Shown here: positions 62,384 through 64,000 of the stretch, piece after piece | How positions within the stretch are numbered: position 1 is the stretch's first letter | Layout of the letters: every line of letters begins with the position of its first letter | Origin: Leucoraja erinacea | Lineage: Eukaryota | NCBI RefSeq assembly: GCF_028641065.1 | Contig: NC_073378.1 | Coordinates: forward strand, 56,730,001-56,794,000 | Length of the DNA: 64,000 bases | Reading direction: 5' to 3' | Made by a program: the position numbers and the translations under genes | The notes under the pieces: model-generated | What the model was told of the DNA's origin: nothing | Seen by the model: the letters and a program-made list of their open reading frames with translations, nothing else | Database searches by the model: none

Positions 62384-62954
62384 TTTAAGCCCGGGGAGCA
62401 ATTTGTTTTTTTTTTTTTGTTATTGTTAATAAATACCATTATTGTTTTTACAAACAGACTCATTGGTTGGTTACGAAAACACACTTCCTCCCTCAAGAGA
62501 CTTCGGCGGTGAGTGAAGTATGAACTGTTACACGGTTTGAAATCACAGAGCTTTAAAATCTTCACGTAGTCACTCACGTGACTCCGAAGTAAAATAGTAA
62601 GATTAAACGAGAACTTACCAGTTTGAAGTTTGATATGTATTTTATGAGGAGTTACGATGAGGGATTACATGCCCTCCGCTTTCACCCTCAATAATAGAGA
62701 TCAAACTGGTATCTAAGCTCTCCTTTTCTTTACTATGTTTATTTCAATTACTGTGTCTGTCTGTGATTCCACACCGCTGCTTTGAAGTATGTCGCACATG
62801 CGTGCTGGACGGGTTCTTCACGTAATCCCTCATCGTAACGCCTCATAAAATACAGATCAAACTTCAAACTGGTAAGTTCTCATTTAATCTTACTATTATT
62901 GATGGTGGAAAGACCTTTGGTAATCAGGACATGAGTCAGTCCCTGGATAAAATC

Positions 62955-63160
62955 CTAGAAACATAGAAACATAGAAATTAGGTGCAGGAGTAGGCCATTC
63001 GGCCCTTCGAGCCTGCACCGCCATTCAATATGATTATGGCTGATCATCCAACTCATTATCCCGTACCTGCCTTCTCTCCATACTCTCTGATCCCCTTAGC
63101 CACAAGGCCACATCTAACTCCCTCTTAAATATAGCCAATGAACTGGCCTCAACTACCCTT
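62955..63160 (-). mobile_element. CR1 3' end
   Basis: (tagaaaca)n tail and 3' UTR. Confidence 0.85.
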
Positions 63161-63354
63161 GCCTCTTACTAGCTCTTGTGGCCATCATATTATGTGGATG
63201 GTTACATTCCCTTTTGTTGGAGATGGCCACGGCTGGCACCATGCACAGAGAGACACACAACCTGCAACTTATACAAACTGTGCACGGTGGAACTGCAGAT
63301 GCTGGTTTAAACCGAAGATGGACATAAAAAGCTGGAGTAACTCAGCGAAGTGGC

Positions 63355-63662
63355 AGTGGCCATGATTACACAGCAGTAAAGTTGCTGCCTTACAGCACTT
63401 ACAGCGATAACAGCACCAGAGACCTGGGTTCAATCCCGACTACGGGTGCTGCCTGTGCAGAGTTTGCACATTCTCCCCATGACTGTATGGGTTTTCTCCG
63501 ACATCTTCAGTTTCCTCCCACACTCCAAAGACAATTGGCTTGGTATAAATGTAAATTGTCCCTAATATGTGTCGGATAGTGTTAATGTGCGGGGATCACT
63601 GGTCGATGTGGACTTGGTGGGCCAAAGGGCTGTATATCTAAACTACACTAAACTCAACTAAA
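63355..63662 (+). mobile_element. HE1-like V-SINE
   Basis: gggttcaatccc B box, V-domain, ctaaacta tail. Confidence 0.8.
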
Positions 63663-64000
63663 CAGAATGCAAATCCGCACCTATGTTACTGAAAGAAGGA
63701 GCAATACAGGGCCATTGTAACAAAAAACGTGCATCTCATGTTCTGAAAGAACCTATCAGCAAAAGATCCATAAAAAAAAAAAGATATTCATGATCCTTGA
63801 AACACTGGGCTGTGAGGAAACCTACCCAAATGTACTGACATGAATAAATCATAAAACAAGGGCCTCCTTGCCTCAAATACTGCGGCTTATTGAAAAATAA
63901 ATGGCAACAGAAGATTAAAAAATAACAAATAGAATTTTAAATTCTTTATATGGCAAAGTTGTATAACCTTCAACTTATTAATGTGACATTTATAATTTGT

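Larger units (their letters stand above)
59235..62897 (+). mobile_element. DIRS1-type retrotransposon, 5'-truncated
   Basis: RT-RNase H-methyltransferase plus YR frames; ICR 62560-62668; IR 62594-62668 / 62822-62897. Confidence 0.92.

Noticed and set aside
63355-63445. tRNA gene (A/B boxes; likewise other copies)
   Set aside because: No cloverleaf; continues into the V-SINE body, so it is a SINE head

Overview
Eukaryotic, repeat-dominated intronic or intergenic DNA, most likely from an elasmobranch (skate/ray/shark). This taxon call is an inference from HE1-like V-SINEs sharing 3' tails with CR1/HER1-type LINEs. No intact host gene is recognisable; two weak minus-strand exon candidates were noted. 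Most of the window is layered transposon debris: CR1 and Rex1/Babar LINE fragments, HE1-like SINEs, and many short Penelope-type repeats carrying a minimal hammerhead-ribozyme motif (one a near-perfect 190-bp foldback with a 17-bp TSD). It also holds two DIRS tyrosine-recombinase retrotransposons with ITR/ICR architecture, a near-complete Passport-like Tc1, hAT and PIF/Harbinger MITEs, a Hero-clade endonuclease fragment, an ancient Gypsy pol relic, a collapsed Gypsy provirus, a probable solo LTR, and a ~37-copy 48-bp tandem array ending in a Helitron-like CTAG. There is one assembly gap. All calls were made by eye; coordinates of degraded elements are approximate.
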